A stretch of DNA of 64,000 nt from NCBI GenBank assembly GCA_964016885.1, contig OZ024741.1, positions 316,882,001-316,946,000 on the forward strand, given 5' to 3'. The number at the start of each line of letters is the position of its first letter. Positions within the stretch are counted from its first letter, which is position 1. Source of the DNA: Eledone cirrhosa. Its lineage: Eukaryota. Below the pieces are notes generated by a model that made no database searches, was not told where the DNA came from, and was given only the letters and a program-made list of their open reading frames with translations. The translations under genes and the position numbers were made by a program. This document shows positions 24,141 through 38,720 of the stretch, in pieces.

Positions 24141-27100
24141 GTTGGTGGTGTTGATTGTCATGTTGTTGTTGGTGTTGATTGTCATGTTGTTGTTGTTGGT
24201 GTTGATTGTCATGTTGTTGTTGTTGGTGGTGTTGATTGTCATGTTGTTGTTGTTGGTGTTGATTGTCATGTTGTTGTTGGTGTTGATTGTCATGTTGTTG
24301 TTGGTGGTGTTGATTGTCATGTTGTTGTTGGTGTTGATTGTCATGTTGTTGGTGGTGTTGATTGTCATGTTGTTGTTGGTGGTGTTAATTGTCATGTTGT
24401 TGGTGGTGTTGATTGTCATGTTGTTGTTGGTGTTGATTGTCATGTTGTTGGTGGTGTTGATTGTCATGTTGTTGTTGGTGGTGTTGATTGTCATGTTGTT
24501 GGTGGTGTTGATTGTCATGTTGTTGGTGGTGTTGATTGTCATGTCGTTGTTGTTGGTGGTGTTGATTGTCATGTTGTTGTTGTTGGTGTTGATTGTCATG
24601 TTGTTGTTGTTGGTGTTGATTGTCATGTTGTTGTTGGTGTTGATTGTCATGTTGTTGTTGGTGGTGTTGATTGTCATGTTGTTGTTGTTGGTGGTATTGA
24701 TTGTCATGTTGTTGTTGTTGGTGTTGATTGTCATGTTGTTGTTGTTGGTGTTGATTGTCATGTTGTTGTTGTTGGTGTTGATTGTCATGTTGTTGTTGGT
24801 GTTCATTGTCATGTTGTTGTTGGTGGTGTTGATTGTCATATTGTTGTTGGTGTTGATTGTCATGTTGTTGTTGGTGGTGTTGATTGTCATGTTGTTGTTG
24901 TTGGTGGTGTTGATTGTCATGTTGTTGTTGGTGTTTATTGTCATGTTGTTGTTGGTGGTGTTGATTGTCATGTTGTTGTTGGTGGTGTTGATTGTCATGT
25001 TGTTGTTGTTGGTGTTGATTGTCATGTTGTTGTTGTTGGTGTTGATTGTCATGTTGTTGTTGTTGGTGTTGATTGTCATGTTGTTGTTGGTGTTGATTGT
25101 CATGTTGTTGTTGGTGGTGTTGATTGTCATGTTGTTGTTGTTGGTGGTCTTGATTGTCATGTTGTTGTTGTTGGTGTTGATTGTCATGTTGTTGTTGGTG
25201 TTGATTGTCATGTTGTTGTTGGTGGTGTTGATTGTCATGTTGTTGTTGTTGGTGTTGATTGTCATGTTGTTGTTGTTGGTGTTGATTGTCATGTTGTTGT
25301 TGGTGTTGATTGTCATGTTGTTGTTGGTGGTGTTGATTGTCATGTTGTTGTTGTTGGTGGTGTTGATTGTCATGTTGTTGTTGTTGGTGTTGATTGTCAT
25401 GTTGTTGTTGTTGGTGTTGATTGTCATGTTGTTGTTGGTGTTGATTGTCATGTTGTTGTTGTTGGTGTTGATTGTCATGTTGTTGTTGGTGGTGTTGATT
25501 GTCATGTTGTTGTTGTTGGTGGTGTTGATTGTCATGTTGTTGTTGGTGGTGTTGATTGTCATGTTGTTGTTGTTGGTGGTGTTGATTGTCATGTTGTTGT
25601 TGGTGGTGTTGATTGTCATGCTGTTGTTGGTGGTGTTGATTGTCATGTTGTTGTTGGTGGTGTTGATTGTCATGTTGTTGTTGTTGGTGGTGTTGATTGT
25701 CATGTTGTTGTTGGTGGTGTTGATTGTCATGCTGTTGTTGGTGGTGTTGATTGTCATGTTGTTGTTGGTGGTGTTGATTGTCATGTTGTTGTTGTTGGTG
25801 TTGATTGTCATGTTGTTGTTGTTGATGTTGATTGTCATGTTGTTGTTGTTGTTGATTGTCATGTTGTTGGTGGTGTTGATTGTCATGTTGTTGTTGACTG
25901 TCATGTTGTTGTTGTTGGTGTTGATTGTCATGTTGTAGTTGGTGGTGTTGATTGTCATGTTGTTGTTGGTGGTGTTGATTGTCATGTTGTTGTTGGTGGT
26001 GTTGATTGTCATGTTGTTGTTGTTGGTGTTGATTGTCATGTTGTTGTTGTTGATGTTGATTGTCATGTTGTTGTTGTTGGTGTTGATTGTCATGTTGTTG
26101 TTGGTGGTGTTGATTGTCATGTTGTTGTTGTTGGTGTTGATTGTCATGTTGTTGTTGTTGATGTTGATTGTCATGTTGTTGTTGGTGTTGATTGTCATGT
26201 TGTTGGTGGTGTTGATTGTCATGTTGTTGTTGACTGTCATGTTGTTGTTGTTGGTGTTGATAGTCATGTTGTAGTTGGTGGTGTTGATTGTCATGTTGTT
26301 GTTGGTGGTGTTGATTGTCATGTTGTTGTTGGTGTTGATTGTCATGTTGTTGTTGGTGTTGATTGTCATGTTGTTATTGTTGGTGTTGATTGTCATGTTG
26401 TTGTTGGTGTTGATTGTCATGTTGTTGGTGGTGTTGATTGTCATGTTGTTGTTGGTGTTGATTGTCATGTTGTTATTGTTGGTATTGATTGTCATATTGT
26501 TGTTGGTGTTGATTGTCATGTTGTTGCTGGTGGTGTTGATTGGCATGTTGTTGTTGGTGGTGTTGATTGTCATGTTGTTATTGTTCGTGGTGTTGATTGT
26601 CATGTTGTTGTTTGTGTTGATTGTCATGTTGTTGTTGTTGGTGTTGATTGTCATGTTGTTGTTGGTGTTGATTGTCATGTTGTTGTTGGTGTTGATTGTC
26701 ATGTTGTTGTTGTTGATGTTCATTGTCATGTTGTTGTTGGTGTTTATTGTCATGTTGTGGTTGTTGGTGTTGATTGTCATGTTGTTGTTGGTGTTGATTG
26801 TCATGTTGTTGTTGTTGGTGTTGATTGTCATGTTGTTGTTGTTGGTGTTGATTGTCATGTTGTTGTTGGTGTTGATTATCATGTTGTTGTTGTTGGTGTT
26901 GATTGTCATGTTGTTGTTGTTGTTGTTGATTGTCATGTTGTTTTTGTTGGTGTTTATTGTCATGTTGTTGTAGGTGGTGTTGATTGTCATGTTGTTGTTG
27001 TTGGTGTTGATTGTCATGTTGTTGTTGATGTTGATTGTTAAGTTGTTGTTGTTGGTCTTGATTGTCATGTTGTTGTTGGTGGTGTTGATTGTCATGTTGT

Positions 27101-30100
27101 TGTTGTTGGTGTTGATTGTCATGTTGTTGTTGGTGTTGATTGTCATGTTGTTGTTATTGGTGTTGATTGTCATGTTGTTGTTGATGTTGATTGTGATGTT
27201 GTTGTTGTTGGTGTTGATTGTCATGTTGTTGTTGTTGGTGTTGATTATCATGTTGTTGTTGATGTTGATTGTTAAGTTGTTGTTGTTGGTCTTGATTGTC
27301 ATGCTGTTGTTGGTGGTGTTGATTGTCATGTTGTTGTTGTTGGTGTTGATTGTCATGTTGTTGTTGGTGGTGTTGATTGTCATGTTGTTGTTGTTGGTGT
27401 TGATTGTTATGTTGTTGTTGTTGGTGTTGATTGTCATGTTGTTGTTGGTGTTGATTGTCATGTTGTTGTTGGTGTTGCTTGTCATGTTGTTGTTGTTGGT
27501 GTTGATTGTGATGTTGTTGTTGTTGGTGTTGATTGTCATGTTGTTGTTGGTGTTGATTGTCATGTTGTTGGTGGTGTTGATTGTCATGTTGTTCTTGGTG
27601 TTGATTGTCATGTTGTTGTTGTTGGTGTTGATTGTCATGTTGTTGTTGGTGTTGATTGTCATGTTGTTGTTTGTGGTGTTGATTGTCATGTTGTTGTTGG
27701 TGTGTGTTGATTGTCATGTTGTTGTTGGTGGTGTTGATTGTCATGTTGTTGTTGGTGTTGATTTTCATGTTGTTGTTGTTGGTGTTGATTGTCATGTTGT
27801 TGGTGGTGCTGATTATCATGTTGTTGTTGGTGTTGATTGTCATGTTGTTGTTGTTGGTGTTGACTGTCATGTTGTTGTTGGTGTTGATTGTCATGTTGTT
27901 AGTGGTGTTGATTGTCATGTTGTTGTTGGTGTTGATTGTCATGTTGTTATTGTTGGTGTTGATTGTCATATTGTTGTTGGTGTTGATTGTCATGTTGTTG
28001 TTGGTGGTGTTGATTGTCATGTTGTTGTTGGTGGTGTTGACTGTCATGTTGTTGTTGTTGGTGTTGACTGTCATGTTGTTGTTGTTGGTGTTGATTGTCA
28101 TGTTTTTGTTGGTGTTGATTGTCAAGTTGTTGGTGGTGTTGATTGTCATGTTGTTGTTGGTGTTGATTGTCATGTTGTTATTGTTGGTGTTGATTGTCAT
28201 ATTGTTGTTGGTGTTGATTGTCATGTTGTTGTTGTTGTTGGTTGTCATGTTGTTGTTGGTGTTGATTGTCATGTTGTTGTTAGTGGTGTTGATTGTCATG
28301 TTGTTTGTGGTGTTGATTGTCATGTTGTTGTTGGTGGTGTTGATTGTCATGTTGTTTGTGGTGTTGATTGTCATGTTGTTGTTGTTGGTGTTGATTGTCA
28401 TGTTGTTGTTGGTGTTGATTGTCATGTTGTGGTTGTTGGTGTTGATTGTCATGTTGTTGTTGTTGGTGTTGATTGTCATGTTGTTGTTGGTGTTGATTGT
28501 CATGTTGTTGTTGGTGGTGTTGATTGTCATGTTGTTGTTGGTGGTGTTGATTGTCATGTTGTTGTTGTTGGTCGTGTTGATTGTCATGTTGTTGTTGGTG
28601 GTGTTGATTGTCATGTTGTTGTTGTTGGTGTTGATTGTCATGTTGTTGTTGGTGTTGATTGTCATGTTGTTGTTGGTGGTGTTGATTGTGATGTTGTTGT
28701 TGGTGTTGATTGTCATGTTGTTGTTGGTGGTGTTGATTGTTATGTTGTTGTTGGTGTTGATTGTCATGTTGTTGTTGGTGGTGTTGATTGTCATGTTGTT
28801 GTTGTTGGTGTTGATTGTCATGTTGTTGTTGTTGGTGTTGATTGTCATGTTGTTGTTGGTGGTGTTGATTGTCATGTTGTTGTTGTTGGTGGTGTTGATT
28901 GTCATGTTGTTGTTGGTGGTGTTGATTGTCATGCTGTTGTTGGTGGTGTTGATTGCCATATTGTTGTTGGTGTTGATTGTCATGTTGTTGTTGTTGGTGT
29001 TGATTGTCATGTTGTTGTTGGTGGTGTTGATTGTCATGTTGTTGTTGTTGGTGTTGACTGTCATGTTGTTGTTGGTGTTGATTGTCATGTTGTTAGTGGT
29101 GTTGATTGTCATGTTGTTGTTGGTGTTGATTGTCATGTTGTTATTGTTGGTGTTGATTGTCATATTGTTGTTGGTGTTGATTGTCATGTTGTTGTTGGTG
29201 GTGTTGATTGTCATGTTGTTGTTGGTGGTGTTGACTGTCATGTTGTTGTTGTTGGTGTTGACTGTCATGTTGTTGTTGGTGTTGATTGTCATGTTGTTGG
29301 TGGTGTTGATTGTCATGTTGTTGTTGGTGTTGATTGTCATGTTGTTATTGGTGGTGTTGATTGTCATATTGTTGTTGGTGTTGATTGTCATGTTGTTGTT
29401 GGTGGTGTTGATTGTCATGTTGTTGTTGGTGGTGTTGACTGTCATGTTGTTGTTGTTGGTGTTGACTGTCATGTTGTTGTTGTTGGTGTTGATTGTCATG
29501 TTTTTGTTGGTGTTGATTGTCAAGTTGTTGGTGGTGTTGATTGTCATGTTGTTGTTGGTGTTGATTGTCATGTTGTTATTGTTGGTGTTGATTGTCATAT
29601 TGTTGTTGGTGTTGATTGTCATGTTGTTGTTGTTGTTGGTGTTGATTGTCATGTTGTTGTTGGTGTTGATTGTCATGTTGTTGTTAGTGGTGTTGATTGT
29701 CATGTTGTTTGTGGTGTTGATTGTCATGTTGTTGTTGTTGGTGTTGATTGTCATGTTGTTTGTGGTGTTGATTGTCATGTTGTTGTTGTTGGTGTTGATT
29801 GTCATGTTGTTGTTGGTGTTGATTGTCATGTTGTGGTTGTTGGTGTTGATTGTCATGTTGTTGTTGTTGGTGTTGATTGTCATGTTGTTGTTGGTGTTGA
29901 TTGTCATGTTGTTGTTGGTGGTGTTGATTGTCATGTTGTTGTTGGTGGTGTTGATTGTCATGTTGTTGTTGTTGGTGGTGTTGATTGTCATGTTGTTGTT
30001 GGTGGTGTTGATTGTCATGTTGTTGTTGTTGGTGTTGATTGTCATGTTGTTGTTGGTGTTGATTGTCATGTTGTTGTTGGTGGTGTTGATTGTGATGTTG

Positions 30101-33100
30101 TTGTTGGTGTTGATTGTCATGTTGTTGTTGGTGGTGTTGATTGTTATGTTGTTGTTGGTGTTGATTGTCATGTTGTTGTTGGTGGTGTTGATTGTCATGT
30201 TGTTGTTGTTGGTGTTGATTGTCATGTTGTTGTTGTTGGTGTTGATTGTCATGTTGTTGTTGGTGGTGTTGATTGTCATGTTGTTGTTGGTGGTGTTGAT
30301 TGTCATGTTGTTGTTGGTGGTGTTGATTGCCATGTTGTTGTTGGTGTCGATTGTCATGTTGTTGTTGTTGGTGTTGATTGTCATGTTGTTGTTGGTGGTG
30401 TTGATTGTCATGTTGTTGTTGTTGGTGTTGATTGTCATGTTGTTGTTGTTGGTTGTCATGTTGTTGTTGGTGTTGATTGTCATGTTGTTGGTGGTGTTGA
30501 TTGTCATGTTGTTGTTGGTGTTGATTGTCATGTTGTTATTGTTGGTGTTGATCGTCATATTGTTGTTGGTGTTGATTGTCATGTTGTTGTTGTTGGTGTT
30601 GATTGTCATGTTGTTGTTGTTGGTGTTGATTGTCATGTTGTTGTTGTTGGTGTTGACTGTCATGTTGTTGTTGTTGGTGTTGATTGTCATGTTGTTATTG
30701 TTGGTGTTGATTGTCATGTTGTTGTTGGTGGTGTTGATTGTCATGTTGTTGTTGGTGTTGATTGTCATGTTGTTGGTGGTGTTGATTGTCATGTTGTTGT
30801 TGGTGGTGTTGATTGTCATGTTGTTGTTGGTGTTGATTGTCATGTTGTTGTTGGTGGTGTTGACTGTCATGTTGTTGTTGTTGGTGTTGATTGTCATGTT
30901 GTTGTTGGTGGTGTTGATTGTCATGTAGTTGTTGGTGTTGATTGTCATGTTGTTGTTGGTGGTGTTGACTGTCATGTTGTTGTTGTTGGTGTTGATTGTC
31001 ATGTTGTTGTTGTTGGTGTTGATTGTCATGTTGTTGTTGTTGTTGATTGTCATGTTGTTGGTGGTGTTGATTGTCATGTTGTTGTTGGTGTTGATTGTCA
31101 TGTTGTTATTGTTGGTGTTGATTGTCATATTGTTGTTGGTGTTGATTGTCATGTTGTTGTCGGTGTTGAATGTCATGTTGTTGTTGGTGTTGATTGTCAT
31201 GTTGTTATTGTTGGTGTTGATTGTCATATTGTTGTTGGTGTTGATTGGCATGTTGTTGTTGGTAGTGTTGATTGTCATGTTGTTGTTGTTGGTGTTGATT
31301 GTCATGTTGTTGGTGATGATTGTCATGTTGTTGTTGGTGTTGATTGTCATGTTGTTGTTGTTGATGTTGATTGTCATGTTGTTGGTGGTGTTTATTGTCA
31401 TGTTGTGGTTGTTGTTGTTGATTGTCAGGTTGTTGTTGGTGTTGATTGTCATGTTGTTGTTGTTGGTGTTGATTGTCATGTTGTTGTTGTTGGTGTTGAT
31501 TGTCATGTTGTTGTTGGTGTTGATTGTCATGTTGTTGTTGTTGGTGTTGATTGTCATGTTGTTGTTGATGTTGATTGTTAAGTTGTTGTTGTTGGTCTTG
31601 ATTGTCATGTTGTTGTTGGTGGTGTTGATTGTCATGTTGTTGTTGTTGGTGTTGATTGTCATGTTGTTGTTGGTGTTGATTGTCATGTTGTTGTTATTGG
31701 TGTTGATTGTCATGTTGTTGTTGTTGGTGTTGATTGTCATGTTGTTGGTGGTGTTGATTATCATGTTGTTGTTGGTGTTGATTGTCATGTTGTTGTTGGT
31801 GTTGATTGTCATGTTGTTGGTGGTGTTGATTGTCATGTTGTTGTTGGTGTTGACTGTCATGTTGTTGTTGTTGGTGTTGACTGTCATGTTGTTGTTGTTG
31901 GTGTTGATTGTCATGTTGTTGTTGGTGTTGATTGTCATGTTGTTGGTGGTGTTGATTGTCATGTTGTTGATGGTGTTGTTTGTCATGTTGTTATTGTTGG
32001 TGTTGATTGTCATGTTGTTATTGTTGGTGTTGATTGTCATATTGTTGTTGGTGTTGATTGGCATGTTGTTGTTGGTAGTGTTGATTGTCATGTTGTTGTT
32101 GTTGGTGTTGATTGTCATGTTGTTGGTGATGATTGTCATGTTGTTGTTGGTGTTGATTGTCATGTTGTTGTTGTTGATGTTGATTGTCATGTTGTTGGTG
32201 GTGTTTATTGTCATGTTGTGGTTGTTGTTGTTGATTGTCAGGTTGTTGTTGGTGTTGATTGTCATGTTGTTGTTGTTGGTGTTGATTGTCATGTTGTTGT
32301 TGTTGGTGTTGATTGTCATGTTGTTGTTGGTGTTGATTGTCATGTTGTTGTTGTTGGTGTTGATTGTCATGTTGTTGTTGATGTTGATTGTTAAGTTGTT
32401 GTTGTTGGTCTTGATTGTCATGTTGTTGTTGGTGGTGTTGATTGTCATGTTGTTGTTGTTGGTGTTGATTGTCATGTTGTTGTTGGTGTTGATTGTCATG
32501 TTGTTGTTATTGGTGTTGATTGTCATGTTGTTGTTGTTGGTGTTGATTGTCATGTTGTTGGTGGTGTTGATTATCATGTTGTTGTTGGTGTTGATTGTCA
32601 TGTTGTTGTTGGTGTTGATTGTCATGTTGTTGGTGGTGTTGATTGTCATGTTGTTGTTGGTGTTGACTGTCATGTTGTTGTTGTTGGTGTTGACTGTCAT
32701 GTTGTTGTTGTTGGTGTTGATTGTCATGTTGTTGTTGGTGTTGATTGTCATGTTGTTGGTGGTGTTGATTGTCATGTTGTTGATGGTGTTGTTTGTCATG
32801 TTGTTATTGTTGGTGTTGATTGTCATATTGTTGTTGGTGTTGATTGTCATGTTGTTGTTGATGGTGTCGATTGTCATGTTGTTTGTGGTGTTGATTGTCA
32901 TGTTGTTGTTGGTGGTGTTGATTGTCATGTTGTTTGTGGTGTTGATTGTCATGTTGTTGTTGTTGGTGTTGATTGTCATGTTGTTGTTGGTGTTGATTGT
33001 CATGTTGTTGTTGGTGGTGTTGATTGTCATGTTGTTGTTGGTGGTGTTGATTGTCATGTTGTTGGTGGTGTTGATTGTCATGTTGTTGTTGTTGGTGTTG

Positions 33101-36100
33101 ATTGTCAAGTTGTTGTTGTTGGTGTTGATTGTCATGTTGTTGTTGGTGGTGTTGGTTGTCATGTTGTTGTTGGTGGTGTTGATTGTCATGTTGTTGTTGT
33201 TGGTGTTGATTGTCATGTTGTTGTTGGTGTTGATTGTCATGTTCGTTGTTGGTGGTGTTGATTGTCATGTTGTTGTTGGTGGTGTTGATTGTCATGTTGT
33301 TGTTGGTGGTGTTGATTGTCATGTTGTTGTTGGTGTTGATTGTCATGTTGTTGTTGGTGGTGTTGATTGTTATGTTGTTGTTGGTGTTGATTGTCATGTT
33401 GTTGTTGGTGTTGTTGATTGTTATGTTGTTGTTGGTGTTGATTGTCATGTTGTTGTTGGTGGTGTTGATTGTCATGCTGTTGTTGGTGGTGTTGATTGCC
33501 ATGTTGTTGTTGGTGTTGATTGTCATGTTGTTGTTGTTGGTGTTGATTGTCATGTTGTTGTTGGTGGTGTTGATTGTCATGTTGTTGTTGTTGGTGTTGA
33601 TTGTCATGTTGTTGTAGTTGATTGTCACGTTGTTGTTGGTGTTGATTGTCATGTTGTTGGTGGTGATTGTCATGTTGTTGTTGGTGTTGATTGTCATGTT
33701 GTTATTGTTGGTGTTGATTGTCATATTGTTGTTGGTGTTGATTGTCATGTTGTTGTTGTTGGTGTTGATTGTCATGTTGTTGTTGTTGGTGTTGATTGTC
33801 ATGTTGTTGTTGTTGGTGTTGACTGTCATGTTGTTGTTGTTGGTGTTGATTGTCATGTTGTTATTGTTGGTGTTGATTGTCATGTTGTTGGTGGTGTTGA
33901 TTGTCATGTTGTTGTTGGTGTTGATTGTCATGTTGTTGTTGGTGGTGTTGACTGTCATGTTGTTGTTGTTGGTGTTGATTGTCATGTTGTTGTTGGTGTT
34001 GATTGTCATGTTGTTGGTGGTGTTGATTGTCATGTTGTTGTTGGTGTTGATTGTCATGTTGTTATTGTTGGTGTTGACTGTCATATTGTTGTTGGTGTTG
34101 ATTGTCATGTTGTTGTTGGTGTTGAATGTCATGTTGTTGTTGGTGTTGATTGTCATGTTGTTATTGTTGGTGTTCATTGTCATATTGTTGTTGGTAGTGT
34201 TGATTGTCATGTTGTTATTGTTGGTGGTGTTGATTGTCATGTTGTTGTTGTTGGTGTTGATTGTCATGTTGTTGTTGGTGTTGATTGTCATGTTGTTGTT
34301 GGTGTTGATTGTCATGTTGTTGTTGTTGATGTTGATTGTCATGTTGTTGGTAGTGTTTATTGTCATGTTGTGGTTGTTGGTGTTGATTGTCATGTTGTTG
34401 GTGTTGATTGTCATGTTGTTGATGTTGGTGTTGATTTTCATGTTGTTGTTGGTGGTGTTGATTGTCATGTTGTTGTTGGTGTTGATTGTCATGTTGTTGT
34501 TGTTGGTTTTGATTGTCATGTTGTTGTTGTTGGTGTTTATTGTCATGTTGTTGTAGGTGGTGTTGATTGTCATGTTGTTGTTGTTGGTGTTGATTGTCAT
34601 GTTGTTGTTGATGTTGATTGTTAAGTTGTTGTTGTTGGTCTTGATTGTCATGTTGTTGTTGGTGGTGTTGATTGTCATGTTGTTGTTGGTGTTGATTGTC
34701 ATGTTGTTGTTGGTGTTGATTGTCATGTTGTTGTTATTGGTGTTGATTGTCATGTTGTTGTTGTTGGTGTTGATTGTCATGTTGTTGTTGTTGGTGTTGA
34801 TTGTCATGTTGTTGTTGATGTTGATTGTTAAGTTGTTGTTGTTGGTCTTGATTGTCATGTTGTTGTTGGTGGTGTTGATTGTCATGTTGTTGTTGTTGGT
34901 GTTGATTGTCATGTTGTTGTTGGTGGTGTTGATTGTCATGTTGTTGTTGTTGGTGTTGATTGTTATGTTGTTGTTGTTGGTGTTGATTGTCATGTTGTTG
35001 TTGTTGGTGTTGATTGTCATGTTGTTGTTGGTGTTGATTGTCATGTTGTTGTTGTTGGTGTTGATTGTCATGTTGTTGTTGATGTTGATTGTTAAGTTGT
35101 TGTTGGTGTTGATTGTCATGTTGTTGTTGGTGGTGTTGATTGTCATGTTGTTGTTGGTGTTGATTGTCATGTTGTTGTTGGTGTTAATTGTCATGTTGTT
35201 GTTGGTGGTGTTGATTGTCATGTTGTTTGTTGTTGGTGTTGATTGTCATGTTGTTGTTGGTGGTGTTGATTGTCATGTTGTTGTTGTTGGTGTTGATTGT
35301 CATGTTGTTGTTGTTGGTGTTGATTGTCACGTTGTTGTTGGTGTCGATTGTCATGTTGTTGTTGGTGGTGTTGATTGTCATGTTGTTGTAGGTGTGTGTT
35401 GATTGTCATGTTGTTGTTGGCGGTGTTGATTGTCATGTTGTTGTTGGTGTTGATTGTCATGTTGTTGTTCTTGATGTTGATTCTCATGTTGTTGTTGATG
35501 TTGATTGTTAAGTTGTTGTTGTTGGTCTTGATTGTCATGTTGTTGTTGGTGGTGTTGATTGTCATGTTGTTGTTGTTGGTGTTGATTGTCATGTTGTTGG
35601 TGGTGTTGATTGTCATGTTGTTGTTGTTGGTGTTGATTGTTATGTTGTTGTTGTTGGTGTTGATTGTCATGTTGCTGTTGGTGTTGATTGTCATGTTGTT
35701 GTTGGTGTTGACTGTCATGTTGTTGTTGGTGTTGATTGTCATGTTGTTGTTGTTGGTGTTGATTGTCATGTTGTTGTTGTTGGTGTTGATTGTCATGTTG
35801 TTGTTGTTGGTGTTGATTGTCCTGTTGTTGTTTTTCGTGTTGATTGTCATGTTGTTGTTGGTGATGTTGATTGTCATGTTGTTGATGTTGATTGTTAAGT
35901 TGTTGTTGTTGGTCTTGATTGTCATGTTGTTGTTGGTGGTGTTGATTGTCATGTTGTTGTTGTTGGTGTTGATTGTCATGTTGTAGTTGGTGGTGTTGAT
36001 TGTCATGTTGTTGTTGGTGTTGATTGTCATGTTGTTGTTGTTGGTGTTGATTGTCATGTTGCTGTTGTTGTTGGTGTTGATTGTCATGTTGTTGTTGTTG

Positions 36101-37020
36101 GTGTTGATTGTCATGTTGTTGTTGTTGGTGTTGATTGTTATGTTGTTGTTGTTGGTGTTGATTGTCACGTTGTTGGTGTTGATTGTTATGTTGTTGTTGG
36201 TGTTGATTGTCATGTTGTTGTTGGTGGTGTTGATTGTCATGTTGTTGTTGTTGGTGTTGATTGTCATGTTGTTGGTGGTGTTGATTGTCATGTTGTTGTT
36301 GGTGGTGTTGATTGTCATATTGTTGTTGGTGGTGTTGATTGTCATGTTGTTGTTGGTGTTGATTGTCATGTTGTTTTTGGTGTTGTTTGTCATGTTTTTG
36401 TTGGTGTTGATTGTCATTTTGTTGTTGTTGGTGTTGATTGTTATGTTGTTGTTGGTGTTGATTGTCATTTTGTTGTTGTTGGTGCTGATTGTCATGTTGT
36501 TGTTGGTGTTGATTGTCATGTTGTTGTTGTTGGTGGTGTTGATTGTCATGTTGTTGTTGGTGGTGTTGATTGTCATGTTGTTGGTGGTGTTGATTGTCAT
36601 GTTGTTGTTGTTGGTGTTGATTGTCATGTTGTTGTTGGTGTTGATTGTCATGTTGTGGTTGGTGTTGATTGTCATGTTGTTGTTGGTGTTGATTGTCATG
36701 TTGTTGTTGGTGGTGTTGATTGTCATGTTGTTGGTGGTGTTGATTGTCATGTTGTTGTTGGTGTTGATTGTCATGTTGTTGTTGTTAATGTTGATTGTCA
36801 TGTTGTTGTTGGTGTTGATTGTCATGTTGTTGTTGTTAATGTTGATTGTCATGTTGTTGGTGGTGTTGATTGTCATGTTGTTGTTGGTGTTGATTGTCAT
36901 GTTGTTGTTGTTAATGTTGATTGTCATGTTGTTGTTGGTGATGATTGTCATATTGTTGTTGTTAGTGTTGATTGTCATGTTGTTGTTAGTGTTGATTGTC
37001 ATGTTGTTGTTGGTGTTGGT
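24140..37020. repeat. ~12.9-kb satellite, unit GTTGATTGTCAT(GTT)2-4(GGT)1-2 (about 21-30 bp)
   Basis: Several hundred tandem units seen directly. Higher-order duplications present. Confidence 0.97.
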
Positions 37021-37569
37021 GGTGTTGCTCTTACAGCTGGCGTTGTTGTTACTGCAATTGTAGCTGGTGCTGTTGTTGTTGTAGCTGGTGTTGTTGTTGC
37101 TGTTATTGATATTATTGTAATTACGTAGTTTTAATGTGTTTGAACGCTTGCAATTACGTTGTAGAATATATGTGAGGTTTCTTTTCTTCGTACATTTGTG
37201 TGTTTGTGTGTGTGTGTCTTTATGTGTGTATGTGTGTATGTGTGTGTCTGTGTGTGTTTGTGTGTATTTCGCTTTTAAAATAGTGTGTATACCGACATTT
37301 ATGAGGTGTACATTTTATATATTAGATCAATGTGTGTATGTGTATGTATGTGTATGTCTAAGTTGTTCGCCTCTGTGTGTACGAATGTGTGTTTGTGTCA
37401 TATGTGTGTCAACGTACATGTGTTTTAGTAATTTAAGCAGCTATTGCACAGGCAGTGCTTGGGTATTGTCTAATGTGAATGTACTTGACTTAGTATTTAT
37501 AGTGTTTGGTAGGAATGGGCAAGTGTTGTTGCCTTCAATGAACGTCAAGCTGTTGTGATTATTACTACT

Positions 37570-37941
37570 AATCTCTTGTAGGTCAATCTTGCCTTTCATT
37601 CTACTGACGTAGGTAAATAAAGTACCAGTCATTAGCTGGAGTCGAAATAATCGACATTGCCATTCCTTCATAATGTGCCAAAATTAGAAACTATTATTAT
37701 TAATATTGGTGTGATAAAGGGTGGTGCATTGGCAGAATCGATAGAGCGTCGGACAACATAGAGTTAGCAGCACAGAGTTACGGCTCTTTACGTTCTGAGT
37801 TCAAATCTCGCCGAGGTTAGATTAGCCTTTTATCCTTACGGGGTCGATAAAATAAAATACCAGTAACGCTCTAGGGTCGATTTAATCGATTTCCTTTCCC
37901 CCCAAATTGTTGGCTTTGTGTCTAAATCAGAAACCATTATT
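37570..37941 (+). mobile_element. Two SINE copies (degenerate 37570-37700; full 37719-37941)
   Basis: Match to the main SINE family. Confidence 0.85.
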
Positions 37942-38087
37942 GGCGTGATAATCATCGTTACTGAATTTCTTGTTGTTGTTGCACTATACATTTTTCCCAC
38001 ATTTGCCTATAGCTTTATTCTTTCTGTCATACATACACACGCACACATATTTTCCTTTTTTCATCAAACTTTTATGCCTCCGTCTCG

Positions 38088-38131
<44 letters not shown>

Positions 38132-38223
38132 CGAAGTAGTTTCAGATGTTCAAGTCTTTAAATAATAGTGCTGTGATATATATTTTTCAATGGCGACAGT
38201 GGACACACTGTTCCGTGCGCCGA

Positions 38224-38277
38224 TGCCGCGACATCGTCAGACAGCTTGTTACATAATAAGGCTATGTTTCCGAGGCA
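38224..38277 (-). ncRNA. Candidate type II-topology hammerhead (left arm)
   Basis: Same motif on the minus strand with intact core. Stem II 3' strand is CGcGGCA. Confidence 0.65.
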
Positions 38278-38365
38278 ATCCAAATTGAATCGACATCGGA
38301 ACGGACGAAGTGTGTGCTCTTCGGTTCTTCATCTGTTCCCTTCATCCATCCGATTCAATTTGGAT

Positions 38366-38419
38366 TGCCTCGGAAACATAACCTTATTATGTAACAAGCT
38401 GTCTGACGATGTCGAGACA
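38366..38419 (+). ncRNA. Candidate type II-topology hammerhead ribozyme
   Basis: UGCCUCG-GAAA-CAUAA ccuua UUAUG-UA/ACA agc UGU-CUGACGA-ugu-CGAGaCA. Confidence 0.65.
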
Positions 38420-38486
38420 CCGGCGCACGGAACAGTGTGGCCACTGTCGCCATTGAAATATATATCACACCATTATTATTAAAAGA

Positions 38487-38682
38487 GGGCGGTGGATTGG
38501 CAGTATTGGTAGAGGGTCGGACGCCATGCTTTGACGTATAGAGTTACGGCCCTTGCCATTCCGAGTTCAAATCCTGCCAAGGTTAACTTTGCCTTTCATC
38601 CTTACGGGGTCGACAAAATAAAGTACCAGTAATGCACTGGGTAATTGCTGGCCTTGTGTCTAACGTAGAAACAATTATTATT
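38487..38682 (+). mobile_element. Full-length SINE with 15-bp TSD
   Basis: ATTATTATTAAAAGA at 38472-38486 and 38674-38688. Confidence 0.92.
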
Positions 38683-38720
38683 AAAAGACTTGAACATCTG
38701 AAACTACTTCGCTTTTCCTT

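Noticed and set aside
23814-37128. Giant ORFs (up to 2028 aa) on both strands as protein-coding genes
   Set aside because: They arise from triplet-phased satellite composition. Several frames are open at once, with no domain, signal peptide or splice evidence.
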